Source: Eledone cirrhosa
Lineage: Eukaryota
Direction of reading: 5' to 3'
Assembly (NCBI GenBank): GCA_964016885.1
Contig: OZ024740.1
Location: forward strand, 117,986,001-118,050,000
DNA length: 64,000 nucleotides
In this document: piece after piece, positions 15,446-30,300 of the stretch
Layout of the letters: every line of letters begins with the position of its first letter
How positions within the stretch are numbered: position 1 is the first letter of the stretch
Program-made: the position numbers and the translations under genes
Notes under the pieces: generated by a model
Told to the model about the DNA's origin: nothing
Databases searched by the model: none
What the model saw: the letters and a program-made list of their open reading frames with translations, nothing else

Positions 15446-16099
15446 TTATTCAATGTTTTTTCCTGATTTTTTGTGAAGCTTGGAATGTAGATGTAGCTTT
15501 GTGCAAGCAATTTGAGAATAATTCATTTTTGTGTTAATTAACTTATCATAATTAGTCATTATTAATATGGTCTCCATATCACAAAGATTGGAGTTAGGTG
15601 ATACGGAGGAATTAGTGTAGACTTGGCTATTACAAAGTGTTGACCAAAATATTGAGTACTCTAAATTTTTGTCTTTCAAGGACCATATAAGTTGTGATAA
15701 AGATGTGGAGAATTTCTTATCCGGATTCGAAAAAGAGTGCTTGTGATTCGAATATCTTAATTTAAAGCTCGATGAGGTTGCTCCTATATAGTTGTAGGTG
15801 GTGTTATTTGCTTTAACAGTACATTTATAAACTAGGTTCTTATCAAGACAATTATTTTGCAGAGGGCAATTCGATCTATTTCTACAGTTACTTTTACTGT
15901 TATTATTATAAATTAAACTGTACACGTTATCATTGCTAATAGTTGGAGGTGTTCTGTTTTGAGTGCTTAAGTTAATGTTATTGTTTTTCACAGTATCAAT
16001 ATTATTGCTAATGTTAATATTGCCATTATCCCTAATTGTTTGTTGGTTATGATTAAGAATTCTACTATTTATTTTTGCAATGTTCTGTGCCATATTCAT
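15446..16099 (-). pseudogene. PLE C-terminal GIY-YIG endonuclease fragment
   Basis: SNCRNRSNCPLQNNCL..LVYKC..YIGATSSSFKLRYSNHKHSF..LSQLIWSLK; no RT present. Confidence 0.85.
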
Positions 16100-16402
16100 A
16101 GTTGTTGAGTATGATAGCTTAATTGTATGTCTATTGAATATAGAATAGTATTTATGTGTACTGGGAAAGCATCTAATTATCTAATTATACGCTATTTACA
16201 TATTACAATGCATATCTTCCTCCCTTTGATTATACGATTTAACTTATTTTCCTCTCTCTATCATTTGATCATTACTCCCTTCACATGTTCCTACGATCAA
16301 ATCTCCTTCTTTTTTTCTTTCTCTTTTTCTCTCTTTCCTCATGATTTGCTATCTCGATCTATTACTTCCACTATCAACAATAATGAGGTATGAATATATT
16401 AT

Positions 16403-16592
16403 TGGGCGTGGATTGGCAGTATCGGCAGAGGGTCGGACGCCATGCTTTCCAGCATAGTTACGTCCCTTTACGATCTGAGTTCAAATCCCGCCGAGGTTGA
16501 CTTTGCCTTTCATCCTTACGGGGTCGATAAAATAAAGTACCAGTAATGCACTGGGTGATTGCTGGCCTTGTGCCTAAAGTAGAAACAATTAT
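16403..16592 (+). mobile_element. tRNA-derived SINE inserted in the inverted pLTR
   Basis: A box tggcagtatcgg, B box gagttcaaatccc, core gcctttcatccttacggggtcgataaaataaagtaccag, ATT tail; three more copies in the window. Confidence 0.9.
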
Positions 16593-16785
16593 TTAAATTA
16601 TTAACAGTTATATAAGTTTATGTATTATATATTATTAATTATTTATATATCTTTTTACACATTCTCATACGCACCCTCTGTATTATATGTAATTTTTCAT
16701 GTTTCAACTTAAGGTATATAAATATCGAGTTGTGTCATAACTAATCATTGCCATCAACATAGTCAAGGTATGTCAGGCATCAACT

Positions 16786-16851
16786 TATTTTATCTGATGA
16801 GGACGTACTGTTGAAATAGCTCAGTATCTCTGAAATATGTATAATAAAATA
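16786..16851 (+). ncRNA. Type I hammerhead ribozyme
   Basis: tattttat-CTGATGA-ggacgtactg-(11 nt)-cagtatctct-GAAA-tatgta-TA-ataaaata; perfect 8-bp stem I. Confidence 0.8.
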
Positions 16852-16983
16852 TATTTGATCACACGAATGTCTATATTTATTAATATTTTGAAGTAATATG
16901 TATATATATATATATATATACATATATACATTCAAAACTTTCAAAACATTCAAAACATTCAAAATAAACAAATACACCCGATA

Positions 16984-17021
<38 letters not shown>

Positions 17022-17158
17022 TATCGGGTGTATTTGTTTATTTTGAATGTTTTGTTCTTATTTCTTTATTTAGTTATTTCTGTTTCTAAACTACTTCCCA
17101 ATGACTCGCACATATTGATACGTGCTTGTGCATGTGTATATGTATGTGTATGTATGTG

Positions 17159-17195
<37 letters not shown>

Positions 17196-17371
17196 ATGTA
17201 TGTGTGTATATGTATATGTATATGTGTATGTGTGTGTGTATGCTTGTACATATGTGTGTATGGGTATGTATGTGTACGTGTGTGTGTATATATATATATA
17301 TATATGTGTGTGTGTATGTATGTGTATATACACGTGCCCGTATGTATAGATATTTTTGTTTTTGTGTTTGT

Positions 17372-17411
<40 letters not shown>

Positions 17412-18355
17412 ATATATTTACATCTACAATTTCAAAGTAAATCGTCTTCATGTTATCTGAAACCACTCAATATATATTCAGCATGAGTGGAATTCTGATT
17501 CCATGGTGAATACCTCTCCTTTTTACGTTCTAAAATATGCATGAAAATCAACAGTCGTTAAATGAAGGAATAATGGCTTCAATTATGTTTGCTTAGAGTG
17601 TATAAGTTCTACCCAAAGACGAATGCATAAAAAGCCTTTTGATGATAGAGTGAACCAACTGCTTAATATCAGGTATTCTGTAGGGTGAGTTGATAGGTCT
17701 GTGTTACACCCTCTCTCTTTATTTTCAACATGGTAGAATTAGCAACCAAATATCCCTCAAACCACATACAGGCTTTAAGAATAACACCGTGAGATATAGA
17801 GTGGTCATAGGTGGAATTATTTAATCATATACGTGTTTGATCATACCCTGTTGGTGACTAAACAACAACAACATATGAACCTTAGACATTGTGTTACATT
17901 TCATTTATATATGATATTTTCAAATTGTTTAAATAATTTAATTTCATGTTAAAATTTACTTCTTTAACTTACTTTATTTCTACTTTAGACACAATCTCTC
18001 TCCCCTCACTTTCTTTCTGTCTCAGAATCGACGGATTTTAAACCGTACTCGCCGTGGACAAATAAAGGATATGCGTCTCAAGTGAGCAAAACAAGTATAA
18101 AATTGCATCGAGAAAATTATTTTTATCAGCTTCGTTATTCCCGAGATATCTATTGATATTTGCTCAAAGTCGACTTTGGTATTATTGAATAGAAATAGGC
18201 AAAATCAAAGTTTACATTCTGCCGTAAGGCATAAATGGTTGGTAAAATCTTCAGTATTGACTTCTAAGTTGCTCACATTCAATAAATTGGAATATTAGAT
18301 GTAACCAGTATGATAAGTTAGTTCTTTTACATTTCTCTCTATCTCATCCCCTCAC

Positions 18356-18490
<135 letters not shown>

Positions 18491-19321
18491 TTGTGTCTAT
18501 GTGTTTGCGGAAAACGTAAACTGAAATAACAAAGCAAACGAAACATAACAATGAAGAATTATATTAGTTTAACGTATGATATAGTAGAAAAAGTGTCTTA
18601 AAGTTTTGGACACTAGTCCTTCATCAAAAGGTAGAATGAGAAATAAAAGACGAAATAGATGGAGAAGAGAAAGGAACGGAAATAAATGTTTTTGAGAAAA
18701 ATCACGTGTCTTCAGTGAGCCATTAAAAACCAGAACCATTGACCAAAAATTGAATATACTGACTCCTTTAGTAGACTAGCCTACTTTCACCACCTACTCA
18801 TACTCCTCTCACCATTGTAGTTCCCCTGGCTTGCCAATGGTAGTGTTCGTTTCGCATATGTTTGGCTAATACTGAAATATCAACATCTCTTCGATGTTAG
18901 GCATATCAAAGGCAAAAACAAAACTTTATCTTTATTTTATATTCTAACACCAGTCTGACGACAACATTTTGAGTAAGCGTTGCATAACAACCGTTAGATG
19001 CGTTTGAAATATACATAACACATATGATGTAAGGTAATTAACTGAAGCTGAATATGTGATACTGTTTCTTTATATATAAATACATATATATATATGATTA
19101 GCCTAGCGGGTGTGAGAAGTTCAATGTTAGCCGATGATGTTGGCCTGTACATCCTTGTAGATACATGTCACCGATGATCAGAGACTGTGATTGGTCCAGT
19201 GCATGCTATTAAAGAAGATTCAAGAAAAGTGAACACATCAGGTGTGTTACATAAGCTTAGCAAACCGTAAAAGAAAAAGGCCGCTTTTTTTTTTCGCTGC
19301 TGCTGGAAAAACATGTTCGTG

Positions 19322-19408
<87 letters not shown>

Positions 19409-19432
19409 CACATATATATATATATGTATATA

Positions 19433-19992
19433 TATATATAGTTTTAATATAGATGAGATTCTACAGGACTAGAACTGTTTCATTCTTTAGAAATCATCAA
19501 GAATCTGGGTATCAAACAATAAATATGGTATTTATAGGTCTCTTCAGGTGGTAGGAGAGGGTTGGGAGTGGGATGGGTGTAGGTCATTGGTTGATAGAAA
19601 AGGGAATTCATTAAAAGCTAATTCTTCAAAGATATAGTTTATATTTAGAGTAACAAAGGCAGAAAAAATTCTATATACAAGTTCAGAATGGGGTGCCACT
19701 CCTTATTTTTAAGTTTCTCTTAAGCTAACAATGCCTAGATTTCAGGTGTCTATAAGATCATTGGGGGTCAGTCATGGTTGATGGATTTAAAGAAAAGGGA
19801 AATTCTTTAAAAGCTAGTTCTTTAAGGTTCTACTTAGTGACAAAGGCCTAGAGAATTCTATAGACCAGTTCAAAATATTGAGTGCATATCATACCATTAT
19901 CTTCAAATTTTTCTTAAACTATATTCCAAAAGTCAACAGACACATTCACAAACACACTCACTCACACACTCGCGCGCACCCACATACACCCC

Positions 19993-20070
<78 letters not shown>

Positions 20071-20233
20071 TATACATATATATACACATATATACACACA
20101 CATACATACATACTTACATACACATATATACACATACACACACATACATACATACACACACATATATATATACGCACACATATACATATATACACATACA
20201 AACATACATACATATACAAATATACACATATAC

Positions 20234-20266
<33 letters not shown>

Positions 20267-20425
20267 TACACATACACATACACACACATATATATATATA
20301 CATATATATACACACGCATATATACATATATATACTTATACATACACATGTATATATATATATATACATATATATATACATATATATACACATATATACA
20401 TATATATACATACACACAGACACAT

Positions 20426-20470
<45 letters not shown>

Positions 20471-20631
20471 TACACATACACACATATATATACATACATA
20501 CATACACATACACACAAACATATATACACACACACACACATATATATATATATACATATACACACACATACACATACACACAAGTATACACATATATATA
20601 CACAAATACATACATATACACATATATACAC

Positions 20632-20662
<31 letters not shown>

Positions 20663-20850
20663 CACATATACACATACATACATATATAAATATATATACA
20701 TACACACACATACACACATATATACATATAAATATACATATATATATATATATATTTATATATATATGTATATATATACACAAATATATACATATATACA
20801 CACACATACACACACATACACATACACACACATATATATATACATACATT

Positions 20851-20912
<62 letters not shown>

Positions 20913-21662
20913 TATATACATACAAATAAGTACTCAATAAATATACGCATATACACAGGCACATAAAAACAGCTCTACCGGCAGAAAATGCAGATAGCTA
21001 AGAGGTACTCACATAACCATAGTGGCCGTATTTCAGGTTGAGGAGGGATGGGGGTAGGGTGAGAAGGCGGTAGAGGGGCTAAAAGGAAGAGGTCGTTTTT
21101 AGCCATCGGGCTTTAACACTGGCTTAAGTTATTTGAAAGCTGAAAAGTTCTTATGCATGCAGTTCGGGCAGTGTTCAGAGAGTTTGTTCAGTAGCGGGCC
21201 GTTGGCGAATAAAGTTGCGTAGCTCTCTGAGATACAAAGGTCGCAGCCCTTGTGTCTTCCGTTGCAAGAGCGCGCTTTCTGGAGTATTTTCCATTTAAGC
21301 GTGAAGGGGGTGGAGTTCCTTTTGAGGTCCCAAACATAGGAGGCGAGTGTTGTCTGATTTGATTTGTCCGGTCTTCTGAAGGAGTGGGTATGGGCATACC
21401 AACGGGTCTTAAAATTATTGGAAGTCATGTCGATGTAAGTTTTTTTGTTATTGCAATCATCGGTGCCTGAGATGACATCGCATTTGTATACGATATCATT
21501 TGTGAGGCATTTGTTTTCAAGTGGGCATGCTTCCTTATTTAGGCAATTACACAAAGCCCCAGTCCGGTGATCGGGTTCGGAAGTGGTTGGCTTATTTAAT
21601 TTTTTAGAATTGTGGCTGGCTATATTCCTAGCTAGGTTAGGTATGGTGTAGTAGGAGAGTCT
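19433..21662 (-). mobile_element. Truncated Naiad-type PLE, unit A (EN fragment 21129-21662, ~1 kb CA/TA mosaic, HHR at 19455-19506)
   Basis: [52 protein letters not shown]; bounded by (TA)n on both sides. Confidence 0.85.
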
Positions 21663-21672
21663 ATATATATAC

Positions 21673-21744
<72 letters not shown>

Positions 21745-21850
21745 ATATATATACACATATATATATATATATATATATGTATATACGTTATTCCGGGTTG
21801 GATCGGAGGTAACCACAGTAAGTAAGGTACTCAATACATAGCAGAGTATA

Positions 21851-21934
21851 ATAGTTTTAATATAGAGATTCCTGATGATTTCTAATGAATGAAACAGTTC
21901 TAGTCCTGTAGAATCTCATCTATATTAAAACTAT
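21851..21934 (+). ncRNA. Type I hammerhead ribozyme with long bulged stem I
   Basis: atagttttaatata-gagattc-CTGATGA-tttc-taat-gaat-GAAA-cag-ttctagtc-ctg-TA-gaatctc-(atc)-tatattaaaactat. Confidence 0.85.
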
Positions 21935-21944
21935 ATATGTATAT

Positions 21945-22503
21945 ATATATATAGTTTTAATATAGATGAGATTCTACAGGACTAGAACTGTTTCATTCTT
22001 TAGAAATCATCAAGAATCTGGGTATCAAACAATAAATATGGTATTTATAGGTCTTTTCAGGTGGTAGGAGAGGGTTGGGAGTGGGATGGGTGTAGGTCAT
22101 TGGTTGATAGAAAAGGGAATTCATTAAAAGCAAATTCTTCAAAGATATAGTTTATATTTAGAGTAACAAAGGCAGAAAAAATTCTATATACAAGTTCAGA
22201 ATGGGGTGCCACTCCTTATTTTTAAGTTTCTCTTAAGCTAACAATGCCTAGATTTCAGGTGTCTATAAGATCATTGGGGGTCAGTCATGGTTGATGGATT
22301 TAAAGAAAAGGGAAATTCTTTAAAAGCTAGTTCTTTAAGGTTCTACTTAGTGACAAAGGCCTAGAGAATTCTATAGACCAGTTCAAAATATTGAGTGCAT
22401 ATCATACCATTATCTTCAAATTTTTCTTAAACTATATTCCAAAAGTCAACAGACACATTCACAAACACACTCACTCACACACTCGCGCGCACCCACATAC
22501 ACC

Positions 22504-22589
<86 letters not shown>

Positions 22590-22746
22590 TATACATATAT
22601 ATACACATATATACACACACATACATACATACTTACATACACATATATACACATACACACACATACATACATACACACACATATATATATACGCACACAT
22701 ATACATATATACACATACAAACATACCTACATATACAAATATACAC

Positions 22747-22793
<47 letters not shown>

Positions 22794-22952
22794 TACACAT
22801 ACACATACACACACATATATATATATACATATATATACACACGCATATATACATATATATACTTATACATACACATGTATATATATATATATACATATAT
22901 ATATACATATATATACACATATATACATATATATACATACACACAGACACAT

Positions 22953-22995
<43 letters not shown>

Positions 22996-23156
22996 TACAC
23001 ATACACACATATATATACATACATACATACACATACACACAAACATATATACACACACACACACATATATATATATATACATATACACACACATACACAT
23101 ACACACAAGTATACACATATATATACACAAATACATACATATACACATATATACAC

Positions 23157-23201
<45 letters not shown>

Positions 23202-23375
23202 TACATACATATATAAATATATATACATACACACACATACACACATATATACATATAAATATACATATATATATATATATATTTATATATATATGTATAT
23301 ATATACACAAATATATACATATATACACACATACACACACATACACATACACACACATATATATATACATACATT

Positions 23376-23433
<58 letters not shown>

Positions 23434-24183
23434 TATATACATACAAATAAGTACTCAATAAATATACGCATATACACAGGCACATAAAAACAGCTCTACC
23501 GGCAGAAAATGCAGATAGCTAAGAGGTACTCACATAACCATAGTGGCCGTATTTCAGGTTGAGGAGGGATGGGGGTAGGGTGAGAAGGCGGTAGAGGGGC
23601 TAAAAGGAAGAGGTCGTTTTTAGCCATCGGGCTTTAACACTGGCTTAAGTTATTTGAAAGCTGAAAAGTTCTTATGCATGCAGTTCGGGCAGTGTTCAGA
23701 GAGTTTGTTCAGTAGCGGGCCGTTGGCGAATAAAGTTGCGTAGCTCTCTGAGATACAAAGGTCGCAGCCCTTGTGTCTTCCGTTGCAAGAGCGCGCTTTC
23801 TGGAGTATTTTCCATTTAAGCGTGAAGGGGGTGGAGTTCCTTTTGAGGTCCCAAACATAGGAGGCGAGTGTTGTCTGATTTGATTTGTCCGGTCTTCTGA
23901 AGGAGTGGGTATGGGCATACCAACGGGTCTTAAAATTATTGGAAGTCATGTCGATGTAAGTTTTTTTGTTATTGCAATCATCGGTGCCTGAGATGACATC
24001 GCATTTGTATACGATATCATTTGTGAGGCATTTGTTTTCAAGTGGGCATGCTTCCTTATTTAGGCAATTACACAAAGCCCCAGTCCGGTGATCGGGTTCG
24101 GAAGTGGTTGGCTTATTTAATTTTTTAGAATTGTGGCTGGCTATATTCCTAGCTAGGTTAGGTATGGTGTAGTAGGAGAGTCT
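21945..24183 (-). mobile_element. Truncated Naiad-type PLE, unit B (near-identical duplicate of unit A; EN fragment 23650-24183, HHR at 21968-22019)
   Basis: Same protein sequence and same truncation point as unit A; offset 2513-2521 bp. Confidence 0.85.
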
Positions 24184-24211
24184 ATATATATACGTATATA
24201 TATATATATAC

Positions 24212-24294
<83 letters not shown>

Positions 24295-24299
24295 CGTAT

Positions 24300-25800
24300 G
24301 TGTGTCTGCATACATGTATTTTGCTTTTCTTAGCCTCCACTTTTTCTTTTTATTTTCCATATATTTTATTTTTTTCTCAATCCATTTTTCAATTTTTTTA
24401 TCACTCTTTATTATCTTTACTCATTTTTTACCACCATCGCCTTCATCTTTATCAGGGTGCACATGTTTTGAAAGCAATGAATCATTTTCAAATTCAAGAC
24501 AATTCCTAAGAGACTGATTTCTGAAAGTTTCTTGTTAGTGTTAGAAATCTTCCAATGCACAGAAAACATAATGAAGCTTAAAATAGATCTTCACTTGCAT
24601 AGTGTGCTTTTAATACAACATTAAAACAATTGGTAATATTAACTGACACAAGACTTGCGCTACAACTGAAGATTCTATATTTGTTTAATTCAAATGATGA
24701 CAAGTAACTGTGACTTCGAAATTTTAACAACTTACCCATACAAGCGTGAAACCAATGATGATAGGGATTATCTTTAATAATTATTTTCTTCGTCACCATA
24801 AAAACTATTGTTCCTTCAAGTATATACCTGGACATGTCATTCAGTTTGAGTGATATATTGTTCTATTCCACGCTTATTGTTAAGTAATATTTAACTGCAA
24901 GCATATTTACTTATATGGACAATTAAAATATAAAAAAAAAATAGAAAGAGCCCTTACATCCAGATAATGTCGTAACAGTGGTGTCCTGATGCACGGTGCT
25001 TCTTCAAAATTTTACACCGGGTGAAATCTATCTCACTCCAGGTCGGGTGAGGATATTTACTGAAATATAAATATGAATATTTGGATATGTAGAAAAATAC
25101 CCATATATGGGGAAAACTCGATGCGGAAGAGAAACAAAATGAACACATTGTAACTGATAACCTTTTGATAACTATTTGTTTTTTGTTGATTAACGTAATA
25201 TTTACATAAGTGGTCAATAGGATCATCAAAACAATGATGGGATCACTTGTAAAATTATATGTGGCACTGGGGAGTATTTGTTTATGGACACAGCATTGAA
25301 CTGAGACTAGAATATAAGTATTATTTCTCTCTTGTCAATCTTATATTTACAATTCCAGTCCTATTTCATCCATTCTGAAATTCTGAAAACTGAAGTTTCG
25401 GTCAAGTTTCAAGCTAAGCCAGTAGATGGAGATGTTTAGCAGCAGTGTAATATGGATTATCATATGAATATTTTTCCTTAAATGAATGTACTTTAAGCTG
25501 TGTAATGGGATTCTAGACAGTCTTCTCTGATGTGAAGTTAATATTTGAGCTTTGTAAATTGTATGCCTCGTTGGGCTTTCTAACCTACTCATAAAACATC
25601 ATTGTTTATTGGTTACTTAATGTTAGCAACTAAACAAAGCCTTTAATTATAGCAAAACAATCAACATTTGAATGACAAGAACTGCGTCATGTATTGGTAT
25701 AGATAAATACTATTGACGAAGATGTAATTTCTTATTAGATCATATCTAATCTGATAGGATTGATATGATGAAGAACATAGACAATTGCAAGGAAGGTAAT
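24300..25800 (+). pseudogene. Possible second decayed LRR gene remnant
   Basis: Hydrophobic leader, then [51 protein letters not shown] in mixed frames. Confidence 0.3.
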
Positions 25801-26145
25801 GCAGCTGAATCTGTAAGTTTATTTTGCTTCTTCAAAAGTAGTTAAAATCATTATCAAATTTAAGAAGATTATAAAACGTTACTCATCATATTAATGCAAC
25901 TATAACCATTTATTTCCATAGTAATGTTTACACCCACATGAAAAAAGTTCTCAAATCACTACAAATTCGTGACTGCATTTACAGATGAAATAAACATTGT
26001 ATTTGCCGAAAGTGACAAAATAGCATTTTTTTAGGACACGTAATATGTATGTATGTATGAATGTATGTATGTATGTAGGCATGAATGTATGTATTTATGT
26101 ATGTATTTATGCATATATATATATGGAATGTATTTAAGTGCGTAT

Positions 26146-26199
<54 letters not shown>

Positions 26200-26243
26200 T
26201 TATATATATATATATAATATATATATGTATGTGTATATATATA

Positions 26244-26309
<66 letters not shown>

Positions 26310-26377
26310 ATAACTACAATAAGAACATGGATAATATTGAATATTAACTAAAGAAGCTGTTACTGCGCATTATAATA

Positions 26378-26552
26378 ATTGTTTCTACTATTGGCACAAG
26401 GCCAGCAAATCAGCAGTACATTACTGGTACTTTCTTTTATCGACTCCGTAAGGATGAAAGGCAAAGTTAACCTCGGCGGGATTTGAACTCAGAATGGCAA
26501 GGGCCGTAACTATATGCGTCAAAGCTTGGCGTCCGACCCTCTACGGATACTG
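26378..26552 (-). mobile_element. tRNA-derived SINE, slightly 5'-truncated, with TSD
   Basis: Same family as 16403; tactgcgcattataata duplicated at 26361-26377 and 26548-26564. Confidence 0.9.
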
Positions 26553-26656
26553 CGCATTATAATATTGATAATAGGTGAAGTTGTTATTGATAACCTCCAT
26601 GATATTCGTAATAAGGAAGATGATGATGATGATGATGATGATGATAAGAAGAATGC

Positions 26657-27046
26657 TTTCTTTATAAACCACAAGGGCTGACACAAAGTAGACATTAAGG
26701 ACAGTACAGAACAATACAGGACGCTACAAATAGGCATTTCTGCGTGTAAAAAACAAAAAAAACAGAGGATGTAACAAAAAAAGAAACAATGAAAAATTCC
26801 CCAATAAGATGGGGGGGGGGGGAAGACTTCCCAGGGACATTCGTGGAGAAATCCCATTATAAATAGCCACGGTCACCCTGATCACCAGGGAAAGTGCCCT
26901 CTCCCAGTTTTCCACCTTCAATTTACAGGCACATACTCAGAGTAGGCCCATTACACGGGCTATTCTTGCCTCTCTCACCCATCTTTCAACAAAATGCTGG
27001 GAAGAGAGCACTTCCCACCCTACCATGATTTTCCTTTTCAAATAAA

Positions 27047-27049
<3 letters not shown>
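26657..27049 (-). mobile_element. Tx1/L1-clade LINE family A, 3'-terminal fragment
   Basis: Matches the 3' UTR and ORF2 end of 27084-27455; (GAT)n at its 3' end. Confidence 0.9.
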
Positions 27050-27083
<34 letters not shown>

Positions 27084-27326
27084 TTTTCTTTATTAACCAC
27101 AAGGGTTTACATAAAGTAGACATTAAGGACAGTACAGGACAATACAGGACGGTACAAATGGGCATTTCTGCGTGTAAAAAAAACAGAGGATGAAATAAAA
27201 TAACAAAGAAAAATTCCCCAATAGGGGGGAGACTTCCGAGGGACATTTGTGGAGAAAGCCCATTAAAAGACCACAGTGGCCCTGACCACCAGGGCAAGTG
27301 CCCTCTCCCAGTTTTCCACCTTTAAT

Positions 27327-30300
27327 TTACAGACACATACTCAGAGAAGGCCCATTCATTCGGGCCATACTTGCTTCTCTCACCCATCTTTCAACAAAAT
27401 GCTGGGAAGAAAGGACTCCCTCTCTACCATGATTTTCCTTTTCAAATGAAATTTGAAAAAGTTAATCAGGGCATCACCGAAGAGGTAAATGCTCGTCTTC
27501 AGCCCTTTCAAACGTGTCCACCATACTATCTCTTTCGCCATGGCCACCAGACAGATAAAAACTGCCTGCCCTTCCCGGCTAAAGGAAGGGGGCGGGGCAA
27601 TCCTCACGATGGACTCAGCTGATAGCTGGATCCGTCCTACACGTGACAGCAGGTGTTCGACATAAACCCACAAGTCAGCAATGCTCGGACACTGGACGAG
27701 TGCGTGCAGGACAGTTTCGTCGCCCTGTGCGCATCTCGGACATGCCCGGCTGACGGCACCTCCATGCCTGTAGAGTTTATCCCGAACTGGCAAAGCTCCT
27801 CGGTAGCACTGCCAGGCCAGGGATTTCTGGGAGTTGTCCATAGGCCCCGGCCCGAAAGTCCTTCCGAAGAGATTGGCTAGTTGATTTTCGTCGACGCCTA
27901 GAGTTTCTCCAAGTACGTCGTCGCTCTTCCCCTCCACTAATCCTCTATAGAACGCCAAGGTGAAGTTTCCACCGATCACATTGCCCGATTGGTCGAGGGC
28001 TGTGAGCGCCTGAAGACATTCCAGTCTCCAAGCGCTCCCTCTCGGTCTTCGCTTGACCCAGGACTGCAGCTCCGTCAAGGAGACGAGCTGGGGAAAAACG
28101 TGTCTAGCAAACGGCGACCACACCTGATCACCGTCGAGGAAGGGGTGGAGATGTCGTAGCCTGAGCGCGTGTCTGCGCATCATCAGCCACGGCATACCCA
28201 GCCCTCCACGTAGCGGGTGTTGACAGCAGATGGAGCGCCTGACCATCGGAGCGCGTCCCTTCCACAAGAAGCGAAAGAGCAAACGCTCCAGCGCAGTCAG
28301 GCGGGGCTTAGGACAAGGTACGACGGTCAGGCGGTAGTAGATGACGGACGCGATGTACGCGTTAGCCACCTCCGCTCGACTTTCTGGGATAGCTTCCTCT
28401 CTGCATGTTTCTGGGTGAGAGAAGCCACCCTGCTCGTCACCTCGTCCCAGTTTTTGTCCGTCTGGAGGTCCGGACCGAACCAGACCCCTAGCAATTTAAC
28501 CGGTCCGTCCGTCCAGCGCCCGAAGACGCTGTTTGACGGCATGGACCTGCCTCTCCAGGTGCCGAGCTGCAGGCCTACTGACTTTTCCTGGTTGATCATT
28601 GCTCCTGTCACCGCTTCGTATTCTCTTAGTGTAGTGCCGATCGCCTCGATGTGTTTGGTGTTCGACACCACTACGGTGACATCGTCCGCATATGCTGACA
28701 CGGATCTTCCGCATCCTAGTTCGCGCGGGACCCCCCTCGACGTCTCCAGTTTGTGCAGTAATGGCCCGAGAGTCAATACGTACAATAGGGACGAGAGGGG
28801 ACATCCTTGGCGGACCGAGCGCATGATGTTGAACGGTTCCGAAAGGTGACCGTTCACTCTCACTACAGAGCAGATGTCGCTGTGCATGGCAGCGATCCAG
28901 CCTCTGAAGACGGGCCCAAGGCCAGCCGCCCTCAGGACTGCCGCTAGGTAACGATGGTCGACCCTATCGAAGGCTTTCGACTGATCTAAATTGAACAAAG
29001 ACCCACCCGTGCCAGGTTCCCTAGCTACCCTCTCTACGATGTATCGCATGAGGTGGAGATTGTCGTGGATGGATCTGTCGGGAATGGCGCATGTCTGTTC
29101 CTCTCCCACCAGACCACCAACGACAAGCGCCAACCTCTTTGCTAGCACCTTGGCCAAAATCTTGAACTCTGTGTTTAGCAGAGTTATGGGCTTAAAATTA
29201 TCTATGTTATCCCCCTTGTTCGGATCCTTTCTCAGCAGTGCCACCGCTCCTCGGCTCACAGAGCTGGGAATTCTCCCGTTCTGTTGCCATTTGCAGTAGA
29301 CGTCCGCCAAGACGTCTCCGAACAAGTCTGGCATTTGTACGTAAAGTTCATAGGGCAGACCATCCAAACCAGGCGATGTACCCCTTGTGCAGCCAGTCAT
29401 TGCCTCCCGTACTTCAGCGGTTGTTATCGGCTTTTCGCAACAGTCCGCCTCAGTGGCCGAAAGCCGCGGCAGTCCGTCGAGGTAGACACTAAAGTCCATC
29501 CCTCGATCCGGCCCGCCACTGACCCCGAACAGCTGTTCGAAGTGTCGCTGAAAAGCTTCACACATTTTCCCGTGATCGCGTAGCATGCGCCCGTCGTGGC
29601 CCACCCAAGACCGTATCGTGGCTTTGTTGCCACGACGCGCCTCCGCCACTCGGGCCCATTGAACGGCTTTCGTCCCCTCGTGTCTGAGAGCACGCACCCT
29701 AGCTCTGACAACGCAGCCTTCGTGCTTTGCATTGAAGAAATGGTCAAGGGCCAATTTCGCCGCAAGTACGTCGGTCGCGATGCCTTTGCTAAGCGCCTCG
29801 TCTAATTTTCTAACTAATTCTCCCTCTGCTCTATTTTTCTCTATTGCTAAAGCCTTACTAAACCTAATGGACTCTATTCTAATTGTTCTTTTCAGAGCAA
29901 ACCACCACTTGTTGTTGACGATGGCCCCCATCAACGCCCGCTTAACTAGTTCGCTAATCCGGTCTCTGTAGGCCTTGCGCGCTGGTAAGGACGCGTTTAG
30001 CTTCCAGTAGCCGGGTCCTCGTCTATGAAGTCTATCTAAGTCAAGCACACAGATCACGAATTTGTGGTCCGTGTAGCTGACTATCTTGAATTGTGGACAG
30101 CCTATGCTAGACCTATCTATTTCCCTACAAAATACTCTATCTAGATGTGATCTGGATGACCCTATGCGATTTGTCCAAGTCCACATTGGTACATTCGGGA
30201 AATCCATTCGGTACCTGTCAGACAGTTCAAAACGCCTGAGCAGGTTGGTGAGACTCTTGCACCCTCCTTCCCTATCCACTAATCCCACACAATCCCAGCG

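Larger units (their letters stand above)
14304..16910 (-). mobile_element. 5'-truncated Penelope-like (Naiad-type) element with inverted pseudo-LTR
   Basis: GIY-YIG ORF at 15446-16099. 14304-14595 is the reverse complement of ~16180-16652 once the SINE is removed. HHR lies further into the inverted pLTR. Confidence 0.8.

Noticed and set aside
16403-16592. tRNA gene
   Set aside because: A and B boxes are present but there is no cloverleaf; a SINE body and tail follow, and sister copies have TSDs.
21080-21140. Twister-like UAA..GC..GUUAAAGCCC on the minus strand after the EN stop
   Set aside because: I could not form P1, P2 or the T1 pseudoknot.
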